A DNA stretch of 64,000 bases from contig NW_024704743.1 of the NCBI RefSeq assembly GCF_018977255.1, positions 28,584,001-28,648,000 of the forward strand, read 5' to 3'. A program made the position numbers and the translations under genes. Positions 50,201 to 64,000 of this stretch are shown in pieces. Below the pieces are notes generated by a model. That model had not been told where the DNA came from. It saw nothing but the letters and a program-made list of their open reading frames with translations, and did no database searches. The stretch is from Callorhinchus milii (lineage: Eukaryota). Numbering within the stretch: the first letter of the stretch is position 1; the number at the start of each line of letters is the position of its first letter.

Positions 50201-53200
50201 AGTTTTTTTTAACAAAATGTTCACAATTAGCCTTCATCTGAGGAGTTCCTGAAAAGGTGGCTTGCTTATTGTTTTGATGAAGTCTGTGATATGTGCGGGT
50301 GCAGTTTGGGGTATTTTTACATTTGAAATAGATCTCCGACGTATGCTGTTGGTCCAGGCATAGCTCTTGCCAGATATTCACCCCGATAAGTTACCACTGC
50401 ACTTGTTCAAGGTTTAGAGAGATGCAATCGGAGTAGGTGAGATGTTTCTTAAATTTGCACCGTTACCCTGGATATTTTTGTATTCTGATGTTTGTTGATT
50501 GAATACTATTGCCTTTTTATCAGTAGTTGTCTAATTTGAGTTGTTCGTCTATTTTGTTATGTGTGTTTGAATGAGTCCATAATTCAGTATGTCTGAAATG
50601 TTCTTGGTTGCGTTTCATATCGTAGTAGCTTTGCTAGATTTCCAAAGAGATGACATAAATGGGTATGGTTAGAGATAGGAAAACTGTATTTGCTTATTTA
50701 TTTAAGGTGTGGTTCACTTTCAGTGAAGTTGCATGAAGTGCAATTTATGATTGCTAAGCAGTCCTGACAGATTCTTGATAGCGGCTTGACCCTCGAAACT
50801 GTGATTGCTAGCTGTATTGAACAAGAAGCTGTACTCAGTACTAAGTGCTCTGGGATGTTACCCTGAGTGATGAGCTCTGTATAAATGGTTGTTGTTGTTT
50901 TTGTTGTTTTTGTGGTAGCCTACAGCAGATTTCCACCAATGTGGTCAAGGGCACACTGAAACCCAAGTGGTGCTGTACGATTAGCACCTAGTGTAGGAAA
51001 GTGTCCCCTTCACACCAGCCTAATAATAAGTGTTCAGATTTTGTTGCTTTATTTAGGATGTTAAGAAAATACGAGGTTTCAATGGTTTCTGTAAATTTTG
51101 CAAATTCTATTCGTGGATTCTGTTTTGGGAGTAAATTCTTCCGGTTGTTTTTTCCGGTGAAGTTCTTAGCACAGGTTTCAGGTTACTTTGTGCACGTGCA
51201 TTCAATACTAAGAAACTTTCAGGCAACAAACATTTTATTCCCTCTTTTCTCACCTACTTCAATCAAAGGTGATATTTCACTATTATTTAATAAGCATATT
51301 AACAAACAGAGCTTTTCACCAATAATAACATGTTTCCACAACCCATGGCAATGGCACATCTTAGCTGTAGGTAAGACCTGAGGTTTGTTGGACTGAAGAG
51401 TCCATGTTGTGTTATAATATCTTGTTTTCTACCAAGAATGCATTTAAAATCATAGTTCTCAGTATCGGATTTCCAGATTTTTCTCACTGACTAACAAAGA
51501 AAAATCCACCAGAACTGTTGGAACTTCTCCCCAATTTTATTAAAACAAATATTTCTGGCCCTGTCCATTAATCAAAAGTCCCCATTGAATCTTTCTGACA
51601 AATACAACAACCATCTGCTTCCCTAAGAGCTCTGAAAAATCTCCCAGCCTTTTACCTGCTATTTTATCAAATAATGTAAAATCAATGCACTGTATGTCTG
51701 AGGTTCGTTCTTTATGTGAGCTTCTATTCATTTCTTTCTTGTTGTTTGTCTTACATTCAATGCACTTTTCAGAGTGTTTTGTACAGAAAGTGGCATTTCC
51801 TGATATAGCGAATGCAGAGACCTTGTCCCTGGTCTTAACCATCGTTAAAAGATCTTGGGAAATTAAACAACATTTTGAACAGTTCTCTAAGAAAACAGAA
51901 ATGTGAAACTTGATAATAACATTTGCTTTCCTACAAGTTTATAAATTGAGATATGTGAAATTACATAATTTCTTAAAAGGTCTATTGATTATGTAGATCA
52001 ACTATAAAGAAACTATGACTGCAATGCTTTAAAAAGTAATGGATTCATGAAATAGATGATCATCACATAAATATTACAAATTAATTACTTAACATCCTGT
52101 TCTGCTGTTCAGTAATGAACGGACAAAAGCTTACTTCAGGGATTTATTACCTCATTAAATTCTACTTTAACTCTTCAAGATGCCAGCAACATATCTGTAC
52201 AAATAATCACTGAGCTTTGAAAGTTCTCACCCCAAAAAAAACAAAGTGTAAAAACATTTAAACCTAAACGTTGGTCTTATTCCTAACTGCAGTAATACAA
52301 ACATTAAGAAATTAGTTTTAAAAAATGCTTTAAGTTTGAAAATGGAAAACTAAAGTTGGTGGTTAAAATATTTTTAAAAATACAACCATGATTATAAACT
52401 GTTTTGGACAAATAATCTAATTACATTAGGAGAGCTGAGGATTTTATGAGATGGCATTTATTTTTAACAACTATATTAGTTTTAACTGAAGTTCCAACAA
52501 TTGTGAATCAAGATGCAAATTATGCAATTTTATTTTTTAGTAACTTTTGTGTGATCCTGAGAAAGATCCCTTTAATAGCAGGTTTACTATCAAAATCTAT
52601 GGAACCTTGTGGTTCAGAAACTAGTAGAGTTCAAAATGGCAGTGCTGAAGTACTCACCCTTGCACTGATAGCTTCAGTTATCCTGCGTTGTCTATGCTGA
52701 AGTGTTTAACTGCTGCATTTAAACCAATTTAAGAAAAGCACAACCAGCTTGACTGCTTTCAATCATTCCACCCTCCCCAACTAATTGTAGTCCAGTTATT
52801 TTTATTATGTTGACTTTAACACCATTTCTCCCTATGAGCAATCAAATGATTCGGACGCAGAATTGTTTTGGTTAATAGTTAAATATTACTAATAATAAAT
52901 AATCAGATCACCAGACATGACTACCTTTTTAATAAATGTTGTGTAACCAAAGGCATAACGAAAGATACTGACAGTTGGCCTCAGATTTGTGGCACACAAA
53001 AACTTGTATTTATACACCGTAATTGCAAGAAAAAAACCTTCACAGAGTAAAATTGATTACAAATGAGGTAGGTGAATGTTATTCTGTAGGCAAACATTGC
53101 AGGTAAATTGCACCAGCAACATCCTAAAAACATTCAACACTAAATTGAGTTTCAATAAGCTAAAAGTTTTGGAGTTGAGTTTAGATGAGTAGAGAAATGG

Positions 53201-55182
53201 AAACCAGGACAGTGGGAGAATCTCTCCACTTTCCTTTCAAATAGAGTAAAATTTAAAGTTGTCACTCCAAGGGTAAAGGGCTTAGTGACGAGTTATGCAG
53301 AGTGACAAGTTAAGCGTGTGCATGAATACATAAATAAATGCAACAGCTAAAAGCATGTTCAGAGCAGATGTCTTAAGTGGTAGTGACAAGTTAAGCCAGG
53401 GTCGAGTTGTCAGGAGTTTATCATTCCTGGTGGTGGTGGGGGCGGGCGCAGATGGAAGAGGGTCTCTTAACATTCACCTGAGTAATGGAGCAGATGGGAC
53501 CTAAATTTATTACTCAGTTAAAAAAGGATTGATCTGGAAGGAGTGAATAATAAACTTGTATATATTTAACGTAGAATGGCGTTATGTAAGAAAATGCAGC
53601 AGCCAGTATGCATGAGCAATGTCCCACAAACAACAATGAGATGAGTAAGCAAATTAAATTAATCTGTTGATTGTGGTAAACACAATGATTAGTTAGTTTC
53701 ATTTGGCATGAAGTGTAAATACCTGTCCTTGTAATCTTGGACAAAACATAGCAAAACAGCAGCAGAGACCAGGGAGTGATTTGAAGGTTAACAATCCAGG
53801 TTCAATTGACCATTCAGAACTTGGTTGAGGCTCACTATCAGTGTTCAAGAGCTCACCCAACCCCCTAGATCAGATTGTGGTTTATAATCGGCCTCAGATG
53901 TCTGTTATTCTGGAACATCGTTTCAGCAGCTGGAAATTATCGTGCAAAGTGCAAATAAACCATGAACATGCAATTTTGTAGCTCTGTTTCGGTCACAGTC
54001 ATGCGGTGGCACTTTCAGTAAAAAAGCATTGAACAGCTCCACCTCACTTGAATATATTCCTTTGTATACGTTAAAAAGTGTAGTTGTGAAAATATGAACT
54101 ACTGTACATTGAAGCTTTTTCTATTTTTAGATTATTTAAGTAGCTTGCCATAAGTTCTGTAAATAATGTCTTTATACCTCCTGGGTAATAATCATAATAA
54201 TAATCCTTGCATTTGATATAGCGCCTTATCACGTCTTTAACTGTCTCAAAGCGCTTCACAAAATATACTGTAAAGTGAATTGACTTGTATATTTTGTGGG
54301 TAACAAGGTAGGGTTCATGTCAGATCGATATCATCTTTCACTTTGAGTAAGCTGTTAGTATGATCAAGACCTTTCTTCTTTTTAACCATAATGGAAGACA
54401 GTAACAGCCAGAGTTCATAGCTAATAATAATACCAATGAATATTCAGCAATAAAATATTTATAGTATGCATTAATATTTCCAAAGCATAACTGCCAGAGT
54501 TGATATTACCATCAGATCTATTTTTCGCACAGTAATTACTCTGTTTACGATATGTGTCAGATTATCTCTCGCAGCCTTTCTGAACTTCAAACAGGCTACA
54601 GTGTGAAATCCTATATTATTGGTATTTCATTGTTATGGATGTGTGTGTTTTGGTGTGGTAAATGTACCGGTTAAGAAGTTTCATTTTTACAGTTACCTAT
54701 AATGCTGATGGAATTCATTTCGTTTTCTCATGCAGAGACATTCTTATCGAGCAGTTATTTGTCAAGTGTGGATTTTATTGGGTGTAACATAAAATTGCTG
54801 CTATACAAATGCAATTTCTTGTTGTTTAACTTTTGATTTCAATTAACATTTGCCAATTTAATGGTCATTTCCTATACTTACAATTATCAAGTCACACCGA
54901 ATATATTAAGTATATTTAGAAGTAAGAACAGCAGGGAGTTACTATATTACAGAAACTGCTTATTAGAGGAACATAATTGTAACCAGTAAAAACACCTTGT
55001 GTTTCAAATATGTACCTGTATATATTTTGGAAAGCTGACACGGTCAGTTTTTTTGTTTTGTTTTGCTTTGTGTTTGACTTTGAATCTCAAATAAGTAAAT
55101 ACTTGCATGCAGTGTATTGTTTAACTACAATAAAGTAAACTTTGTGAAAAAGTGTTCCTGTTAAGAGGAATGAATATTTGGG

Positions 55183-55398
55183 GAAATATTCCACCAGGTT
55201 CTAGACTTACTCATTTCAAAGTGTCCAGAGTTACTCAAATTGTTGAATTCAGCCTAAACTTGGTAGTCACATTTCTGTAGTTCTGAAAAGCTCTTGTAGA
55301 GGCCCACCATTAAAATAAAGTCTGTATTTAAGAATTCCCCAAACTTTGGACAGTCTGAAATACTGTATAGAGTAAATCTAGACCCAGGTGGAATTTTC
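55183..55398. mobile_element. MITE/foldback element (216 bp) with long imperfect TIRs
   Basis: gaaatattccaccaggttctagacttactc versus the reverse complement of gagtaaatctagacccaggtggaattttc; inner arms tttcaaagtgtccagagtt / aactttggacagtctgaaa. Confidence 0.7.
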
Positions 55399-58300
55399 TA
55401 CGTACTCTGTTTGAACTGAACATTTTGTATCAATATTGATTTTTAATAGTGAAATGCTGAAATTATTTGCACATAAGAGGAAGAAGGGAATAGAGGGGAA
55501 TAAGTGAGTGGCTGAGGAGGGGTGTGGATTCATGTGGCATATATACACAAGCACAGACTTATTGGGCTGCATGGCCTATTTCTGTTCTATATCACTTTGT
55601 GTAACTAACTGTATGTGATCAATATTTTACAATACTAATTGTCTATTAAACAAACACAGGCCATTATGTTTCTTTAAAATGTTGATTTTTTTATTTTGCT
55701 TTTGAAATTATAAAATTAGGACTTCATCATGCACAAAATGATGTGGATGTTGTGTTAAGTGCTCCGAAACTCTAGCCCGCATTGAAGGGCGCTATGTAAA
55801 TGCAAGTTGTTGTTGTTGAATGTAATATTTTTCTTCTCTCACCATGAAATTCTCCTTCACTCCTTCTGAAGGCTTCTGACTCCTTTTCCCCTCCACTTGG
55901 TACATATGCAAAATTGCATATCTCCTGGTAGATGCCTCTAGATATTGTTCAGGGGTCAGGCTCCGCCACTGTCAAGTTGTTGTTGTTGTAGGAGTCGAAA
56001 CACTATTTGGTTTTCTTTCCTCCTTAATCCAGGTTGCTGACTGAGGCCAATTGAGGGCCCCAACTGCAGCCCGAGCTGAGATCGGCTAACCCACTGAGGG
56101 AGCCCTGATATAATATACTTCATGTCAGGTTTCACGTTTTGAAATGTAAAAGGGGTATTTTATGTTGATTTAAAAATAAATCAATTGCTTAAAAACATTC
56201 TAAAATTCAATTGATATCATACCTGGCTGAAAGGCATTTTATGACTAATCAGAAGAACTTTTAACGTCCAACCATAGTTGTTAACGGATAACCACACTGC
56301 CTTCCGCCCACTGCTCTCCATAACCGTATGAGTTGCTGTAGTACCTCAGTATGGTAAATATGCAGCATTCTCTTCAACTTCATAGTACTGCGTGTGTCAC
56401 TGGGTTAATATCCAAACTGAATAATGCAGATCCAAAGCATCAAAGTGCAGAATTTGTAACATTCTTATATTTCATCCCTGGGGTATGTCATAGTAGGGAA
56501 AAGAAGCTGGTATTTAAACTTCCAAGATTTGCATTTCGACAGTTTTCATTCAGCATATACTGAATCTTTTCAAATGATATTTGGACTCAAGGCTGGGTCA
56601 GTGCAGTGAGGGTCTTAAATTGCCAGTTTTAACACGCAGAAGAGATGGACAGGTTTGCATCAGACTAATTTAAAAAGTGGAAGCAATTTGACATTAAACG
56701 TTTGTTTCAGGCTAGTGCCCCATTTTCTATTGCAAAATTACTAATGTATTTCATTAATAATAGCCACATTTTTCTTTATTAATGCTAGAATTAAATGTAG
56801 ATTGTAGTCAAGTCTAGTAGACATGCAAATACAGATTACTTAATGTTCAGACTGGCGAGCTGGTCAGTACGTGACTGTGGTTTATACGTGGACCACTAAA
56901 TTCCTTTGACATGTTGGAGAGCAATATCCTTCTACTCACCAGTTAACAGAACACTACTTCATTAAACCATAGCATATGGAATTGAGAATATGAAAAGGAT
57001 ACCAATTAAAAATAGTTGGAAGTTTTAAGAAATTAAATATTTTCAGAATGGGGATTTAAATTGAAGTGTATCAGCACACATTAATACTAGCAAATGTACC
57101 TTCTCAGTGTTATGTTGGACAGGGTTTCGGCCTCTGCTTTCTTCAGAGAAATAAGTTCATGTTGTATTTTATTGATCTACTAGAAAAAGGCAGAAACCAA
57201 AACTTGCTGCAGGGTTGGAAACATCTGTTTACAGTTGCGTTGATCTTGTGTATCCTAACCTATCAGTGACTGTACCTAACATGAAAGAATCCATATATAT
57301 CTCTTGATAGAGAGTATTATTATTTGTTCTCCATTTCTATACATATCCTTTTCATATCCTCCAACGCTATATTTTTGTGCATTTGTAACAATGACCCATT
57401 GGTTTGTAGTACAAGGTTTGGGTTGCACATTCATATGCTCGATGACATTAATTATTCGGTGTTCCTATTTGAATGCCTCCTGTTGGGAATGTTTGCAATA
57501 CTTTCGAAAGTCAGTTTTGTGGAATCACAATATTCAAAGTGCACAAGAGTAGGCCCATTTTAATATATGTTAAATCTAATATAAGGCAGAGTAATAATCT
57601 GAGCATCTCAGGATAACCTGTTGGCCCTTGTGTAATACACACAATACATCTAGAGCTATAACAGACAGTGAAAATCCAGGTTTTCAATGGCAAACAAGTT
57701 GGATATGACACTTAAATCTGTTTCTTAATATTTGCTTGCATTACATACACATACATGAAATATTTAACTTTTTTTATTAATTGCATTTAAATTCAATGTT
57801 TGTCAGATTTAATGTCAATTTTGCGAGCGTGATTATGAAATCTATGCTAACTGTAAATGCAAGGCTGCCAATGTACAGTACAATTCTTCAAATACACTCT
57901 GTATTTATATATCTGTGCTGCTTTTTATAATGCGGCTAAGTTGGCTAAACTTGTACTTGATTTCTAGTAAAAAATATGCACTTAAAAAGAACTGATTTGT
58001 AAATGAAATTAAAATAAACCATGAGATGAGTCATTACTGTATAATATTGTCTGAGACCAGCCAAGTAACCAGCTGAGCTGATAGGTGAAGAGGAAGGATT
58101 TACTGTGTGGTGCTTTTGTAGGCGTATTGCATTGCCCCACACTAGCCGTCAGGATATCCTTTTACCACCCAAGAAACGACCAACCGCTCCTAGGTTTAGA
58201 TTTTCACCAAAGTACCTTTCGATAAAAAAAAATGTACCCCACAAACCATAAAGTTGATCAGTCAAATCAATGCCTTTTTTTTAACCGTGTACTGACGTTT

Positions 58301-59136
58301 GTGCGATTCTGCCAGGTGCTCGGATATTTGCTATTTGCATTTAACTCGGTAACTATAACTCAAGGGTTAACCCCGAGTTTAAAAATATTTCTATCTTGAA
58401 AATCATCTGGCTATTACATAAATTGATAGGATTTTTCAAGATGATGGGAAATATTTGTTTAATGTTGTCAAATACTGCACAAGGCAAAGCTCAATGAAAT
58501 GGCCAGACATTTCATTTACTTAACGATTGTAATTGAAGACACTGATATAGGATATTCACAGATTGGCAAATGGCTAAAATTTAGGATTTCTGTCATTCCC
58601 TGTAAGTGGTTTCTGCATAAGGTCTGGCATTATTTGCTGTTATGACTCTTTAGATAATTAACCTATTTTGTTCCATTCCAAACCACTGGATGCAGAATAA
58701 GTTTTAAAGTGCTCTTTGATATCATCTGTTACAGCCTGTGGAATCATATTTTCACAGCAAGTTGTTTTGCTTAGTATGTATCTAGCCTCATGCATTTGTA
58801 ATCACAATTGAAGTCTGTCAAATCATAGCAATTATTAAGTGTAAGAAACTAAAACCCTGTAGACTTTTGTAGTAAAGTTGAAAGCTGCTGCATCCTCGTT
58901 GCTTTCACTGAATTCATACTGTAACTCTCAGAACTCTCACGTTTTCTCCATATTCACGGCATTATTGATGGGACTGTCTCTGTTTCATGCTCCTACAGAC
59001 TGTCTGTTTCAGTTGAACTGTTTGTAGGTAAAGTTTCATATTGAATAAAAATATTTATTTTTTGTGGTCACTGTTTCTGTTTCTAAACCTATTAAGGAAC
59101 ATACTCGGGCAACATATTTCCAATTATTTGCTCTAC

Positions 59137-59290
59137 ATTCGACCATGCCATCGGTCATGCCCTTTCCCTTCCCCTCCCTTCTCCCCCCTGACCCCAACTC
59201 GGGTCTGAAATGCTGTACATTGTCCAGCGCCTTGGGACGTCTTCCCGACGTGAAAGGCGCTATACAAATGTAATCTTCTTGTTGTTATTG
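59137..59290 (+). mobile_element. L2 3' end
   Basis: Matches 47146-47281. Confidence 0.85.
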
Positions 59291-59996
59291 TACATTCCAA
59301 TTAATCACATTTGTTTGATTTGAAATTTCTATTGAGCTTATGCTTTTGTTCTGATTATCTAGCAAACAATTTGTAAATACTTTGTTTTAGTTGCACAACT
59401 TCAGAAGGTCATTGATACAAGATTGCTTATTCAAGAGATATACAGAGACTTGATACGTGAGGATTTGCTTTGCGGTGGGAGCTCAGCCTCTTTGGGGATG
59501 AGTTAGCTCAAAAGTGACATGCGTAGCAATGAAATATTGGAATTGAGTCGATCCTCTGTGGTAGCCTTGGGAGTTGGCTTGTGAGCCAGGCAGACATATA
59601 AAGCAATACTTAGGATCACAAGCAGAATTTAAGCAATGTAAATAGCCTTGAAACAGCAATCTACAATGATACTTGTATCTTAATAATGTGAATAAAGGGA
59701 GAAAGCTGCAAATATCAGAGGAACGTAGGAAAAGAGGAACAGGAGGAGGCCATTCAGCCCATTGAGCTGTACTGCCTGTTTAATATAATTTGGCTCTCCA
59801 TCCTTTTGCCATTTCCCTTAAAACTTTACTACCCAAATATTTGTCTGTCATTCAACATGAGGCCATTCAGCCCATCAGCTGTTTCATTGATTTAATACAG
59901 TTTTGGCAGATTTTTTAATTCCATGCGGCACACTTTACTATCCAAGTATCTTTCTTTTAAACATCTCCATTAGTTCCATCTCAACAACAAATATGT

Positions 59997-60335
59997 GGAG
60001 TCCTGTAGCTCAGTGGTTAGAGCACTTGCCTCACAAGCGATAGGATCTGGGTTTCCTTACTCCACATGCCTCTGTTTACCTAACAGTAAGTAGGAACCAG
60101 GTTGTTAGTCAATTGGTGATCGTTTTTCCAGGGATAATAATCCCTTATTTAAAAAAAATAATAATTTGGTCACTCAATCCATGACTGTTTGTGGGGCACT
60201 GCTATGTGCAATTGGCTGCTGCATTTTGCTCACAAAATATACAGTAATTCACTTTATAGCATATTCTGTAAAGCACTTTGAGACATCTTGAAGATGTAAT
60301 CAGGCGCTTTATCAAATGCAAGGATTATTATTAAT
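59997..60335 (+). mobile_element. tRNA-derived SINE (long-middle variant)
   Basis: Same family. Confidence 0.87.
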
Positions 60336-62519
60336 ATTATCAACCCGCTGGCTCAAAGCAGAAACTTACCTACAACCGTCACTCCAGTAATGACAGTAAT
60401 TAGTGTACAGCCCTTTGAGACAGCAACAACTTGCATTTATATAGCACCCTTCAGGCAGGGTAGCATCTCGAAGCGCTTAAGAGATGCCTTTTGATGTCTA
60501 AGTTTTGGTCCTTGAGTAGAGACTGGAGGAACTGGGACTTTTTCTGCTGGAAGAAAGAAGAAAGACAGGTAACCTGATAGAGGTCTTTAAAATTATGAGT
60601 GATTTTGATAGTCAAAAAGGGAGAAATTATTATTACTGGTTGGTGACTAAGTGACCAAAGGGCCTCTATTTGATAGTAAAACGAGCAAATGGGGAGGTTA
60701 GGAGATTTTTTTCACATGCAGAGTAAAGATATGAAATGCCCTGCCAGGAGCAGTGGTTGAAGCCAAATCCATATTCACCTACAGAGTCACCTACACACGT
60801 ATGGGGAAAGAATAGGTTAATTATTTCACTTGCACTGACCATTCTGATCTGGAACTACTTGTCTATGGTAGAGCAGTACTTAAAGTTATCAAGTCTTGAT
60901 CAATAAACTAGTCTTGCACTCATTTAACAATCAATTCTTCACAAAAAACACTAAAGCTGTCCCATCGTAATACCACTCTATTCCCTTCTCTATCATGTAT
61001 GCATAAAGTTTCCTCTTAAATACATTAACAGACTTCTGACTGTTTCAGCAGCACACAGGATATTAAACAAGCAAAAACAGCAACAACTTGCAATTAAACA
61101 GCGCCCTTCACGTGGGCTAGCATCCTGGAGTGCTTTGGCTCATTAGGATGCACTGTCCTAACAAAAGTGTTTTTCCTTATAGAATTTGAAAATGCATGAC
61201 AAAATGGAACCTTAAAAGTCACCCCGACTGAATTGTGTGCAAAGTGTTGAAAAGAAAATGATTTGTAACTTTCCTGCTCCCTCAAATAAACCAGAAAGGT
61301 CTGCCAACCCTTTTTTTTATATGTGGGCAGCAGCCCTTTAATTGAAGATGATCTCATACAAATGCCATGCATATGGATATTATATATGGACAATGTACTA
61401 CCTCATTTCTTAACCCTCCCATCCGCCCCACCAGGGACTGTTCTTAGATGATATCTGTGTTGAACGTGTACCCAGAAGGTCAAAGGTATACATCAGTGTC
61501 CCTTGGGCATAACACGCAAGAGGATGCAGTATTATTCGCTTCAGTAGTGTACAGCGAACAGGAAACAAAAAAAACTTTATTAAAGTCTTTATTTGTAGAT
61601 TACCTCTCAAGGCAAGCTTGTACCTTCACTTTTCATACAGCCTTAATTTTTTGACACAGTACAACTAGCTGTTACGCATGTTCTTCTCGTAACAACTGAC
61701 CCCAATTTTTTTTGACGTGAAAGCCCGCATGAGGATTCCCCCCTGCCCCTGGGGATTTGGGGAAAACGTTCAAGCTGCACGCTGATTATTGCCAGCACAG
61801 CGGGTTGATCACTGCAAGCAAATCAGTGTGAAAAACCCTAAAATGCGAGGGTGGGGAAAGGTTCAGTCAATGCATCAGTAGAGCTCTTGAGGGAAGTGGG
61901 TATCTCTCTCCTCAAGCGGAGAGATGGGGACTCTCACATTACTGTTATTTTCAGATACACAGGAATGACAATTAAGCTTTTAAAGTGAGCCAATGTAAAG
62001 CTGATATCTCATGTTGCTTTGGTCTGTCAGATAGCTCCTTTCCAGGTGTGAGAAGTGACTTATTATTGTGCAGAAAAGGTATTTGGATGCCCCAGAACAA
62101 TATTATAGTAGCTTGAGTTTTCTTGTAGCTTCATGGTAACAATAATACAATTCGAGGACCTCACTTCTATCTTGAGTGTACCTTCCTTACATTCTCCTTC
62201 ACATTTCCTTTAGCTGGTGTCTTGCACTTCTTCAATGAACTTCCATTGTAGTGGTAAGTGACTCCAGTTCCATAATTGAATGATATGTGCTTGCTTAATT
62301 ATAAACTCATACCATTTCCAGTACGTTTATCGTTCAGAAAAACACAGTCACTCCACTTTACAGTATCGCCTGTAAAGTTCTTTGGGATGTCCTCCTGATG
62401 TGAAAAGGCGCTGTATCAGATGCAAGGATTATTTCTCAACACTAGGAAAGTATTGTTGCTGCTTTCAGGTGGATCACAGATTACACTTGATATACAACAG
62501 TAATCATGAGTTATTCAAA

Positions 62520-62897
62520 TGATAATAATGATAATAATAATCCTTGCATTTGGTATAGCACCTTATCACATCTTCGAGCCGTCTCAAAACGCTTCACAGA
62601 ATATACTGTGACTTGACTGTATATTTTGTGGGCGAAACGCAATAGACAATTGCGCACAGCAGTGTGCCACAAACAGTCATGGATTGAAGTGACCAATTTA
62701 TTATTATTATTTTTTTGAAGGATTTATTACCCCCAGAAAAGTGATCTTCCAATCGACTAACAACCGGGTTCCTACTTATTGCAAGGTAAACAGAGGCGTG
62801 TACTTGTCATAAACTTGTCCAACATGTTGCCTTGCCCAGGAATTGAACCCAGGTCTCTCGTTTGCGAGTGCTCTAACCACTGAGCTACAGAACTCCA
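62520..62897 (-). mobile_element. tRNA-derived SINE (long-middle variant)
   Basis: Same family. Confidence 0.87.
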
Positions 62898-64000
62898 CAT
62901 TGATGAAGGCTCCTTGGACCATTTGATCTCTTCCTTCCATCATAAAGTACATAAAGGTGGTCCTTAAATTAGTAGGGCTTCCTGGCATTTACCCTCTTGG
63001 CAACCAGTTCCAACTGATAATTTCCCAGAATGATGTGTGGAACTATCCTGCTGCTCTAGATGGGCAATTGTGGCAGATTTCAACATGTTTTGAGAAAGAG
63101 ATAACTAGCCTTGCATTCTCTGTTTGTCAAATGTATTACAAAAGGAGATAAACGCATTGAGAAGAAAAAGGGGACAGGAGAAAATTTGAGAAAACTTAAT
63201 GGTACAATGAAGGCTGATTACATTGGATGCAGCTTGTTCTCCATCTTGAGTTAACCCACTAAAGTCCTCATCAGTTTTGCTTCACTTTGCAGCAGAGGAT
63301 GTACCCATTATTTCCACTGTTGCTGCCTGTTGTGGCGAAGTATCAGAATAATGGTTCAGTCAGACTCTTGAGGATACTGCTCATAATTCTGTGTTTTTTG
63401 AAACATGAATACAAATCAGAGACACAAGAAAATACAAAGGCACTTTGCAAAGGACACCTTTCAAATGGCCAGTGGAAAACAATCTGACAGTTATTCAGCA
63501 TAGGTTTCCCAGGTCTGAAATGGTTTTATCTTTGAGACCATTATCTTAAAATTGAAGCATGATACAGAATTTACGAATACTATTGAATTGGAAACATTTC
63601 TATATGATCCTAAATTTTAAGACAACATCCTTGAAGCTAAGGCCATGAGAATTTGGGGTTTTTAGATGTGAATTTTAATTTTTAAATAACACCCTTTTCC
63701 CCACACATTCAAATTAATATACTCACTGTTCTGTTCTTGCTGCTAACGTGATGCTATAATGTAAAATGAAAGAGGAAAAGAATAGGAGACAGTGATATTC
63801 AAGGAAGTGGGTATGAGAGAAAGACGAACCAACGTTTGGATTTAATTTCAATGCTGATGATCAAACATGCAAAAAATTATTTCTATTTACTGTAGTGCAA
63901 GAGATCATGACCAAGATCTGTTCAGTTAGATTAAGACTTGGCTGAATGACCTCACAGTATCGATTGATACCAAAGTCAATAGCACTAGCCAACCTGAAAA

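Noticed and set aside
61448..61654. 68-aa ORF as a downstream exon of the plus-strand gene
   Set aside because: No recognisable homology and only weak splice signals.

Overview
This is repeat-rich vertebrate genomic DNA. The tRNA/Deu-type SINE, L2, CR1 and Penelope repeat mix suggests a cartilaginous fish, possibly a chimaera; this is an inference. The main non-repeat content is a multi-exon, intron-containing NQO2-like quinone oxidoreductase gene on the minus strand (about 14.9 kb to 4.4 kb). Five exons can be reconstructed by eye and it is clearly pseudogenised: two in-frame stops, a lost acceptor, a shifted donor, a poly-A frameshift and a TSD-flanked insertion splitting one exon. A GC/CpG-rich promoter at about 42.4-43.2 kb carries a likely first coding exon (MAPQKRPNDGTNK|gt) of an unidentified plus-strand gene, whose first intron probably fills the rest of the window. 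Repeats include many SINEs sharing a covarying 3' hairpin with a young L2 LINE, several Penelope-like (GIY-YIG) insertions with TSDs and degenerate minimal hammerhead ribozymes, CR1 remnants, small foldback/MITE-like elements and microsatellites. Almost all ORFs in the supplied track are repeat-derived or spurious.
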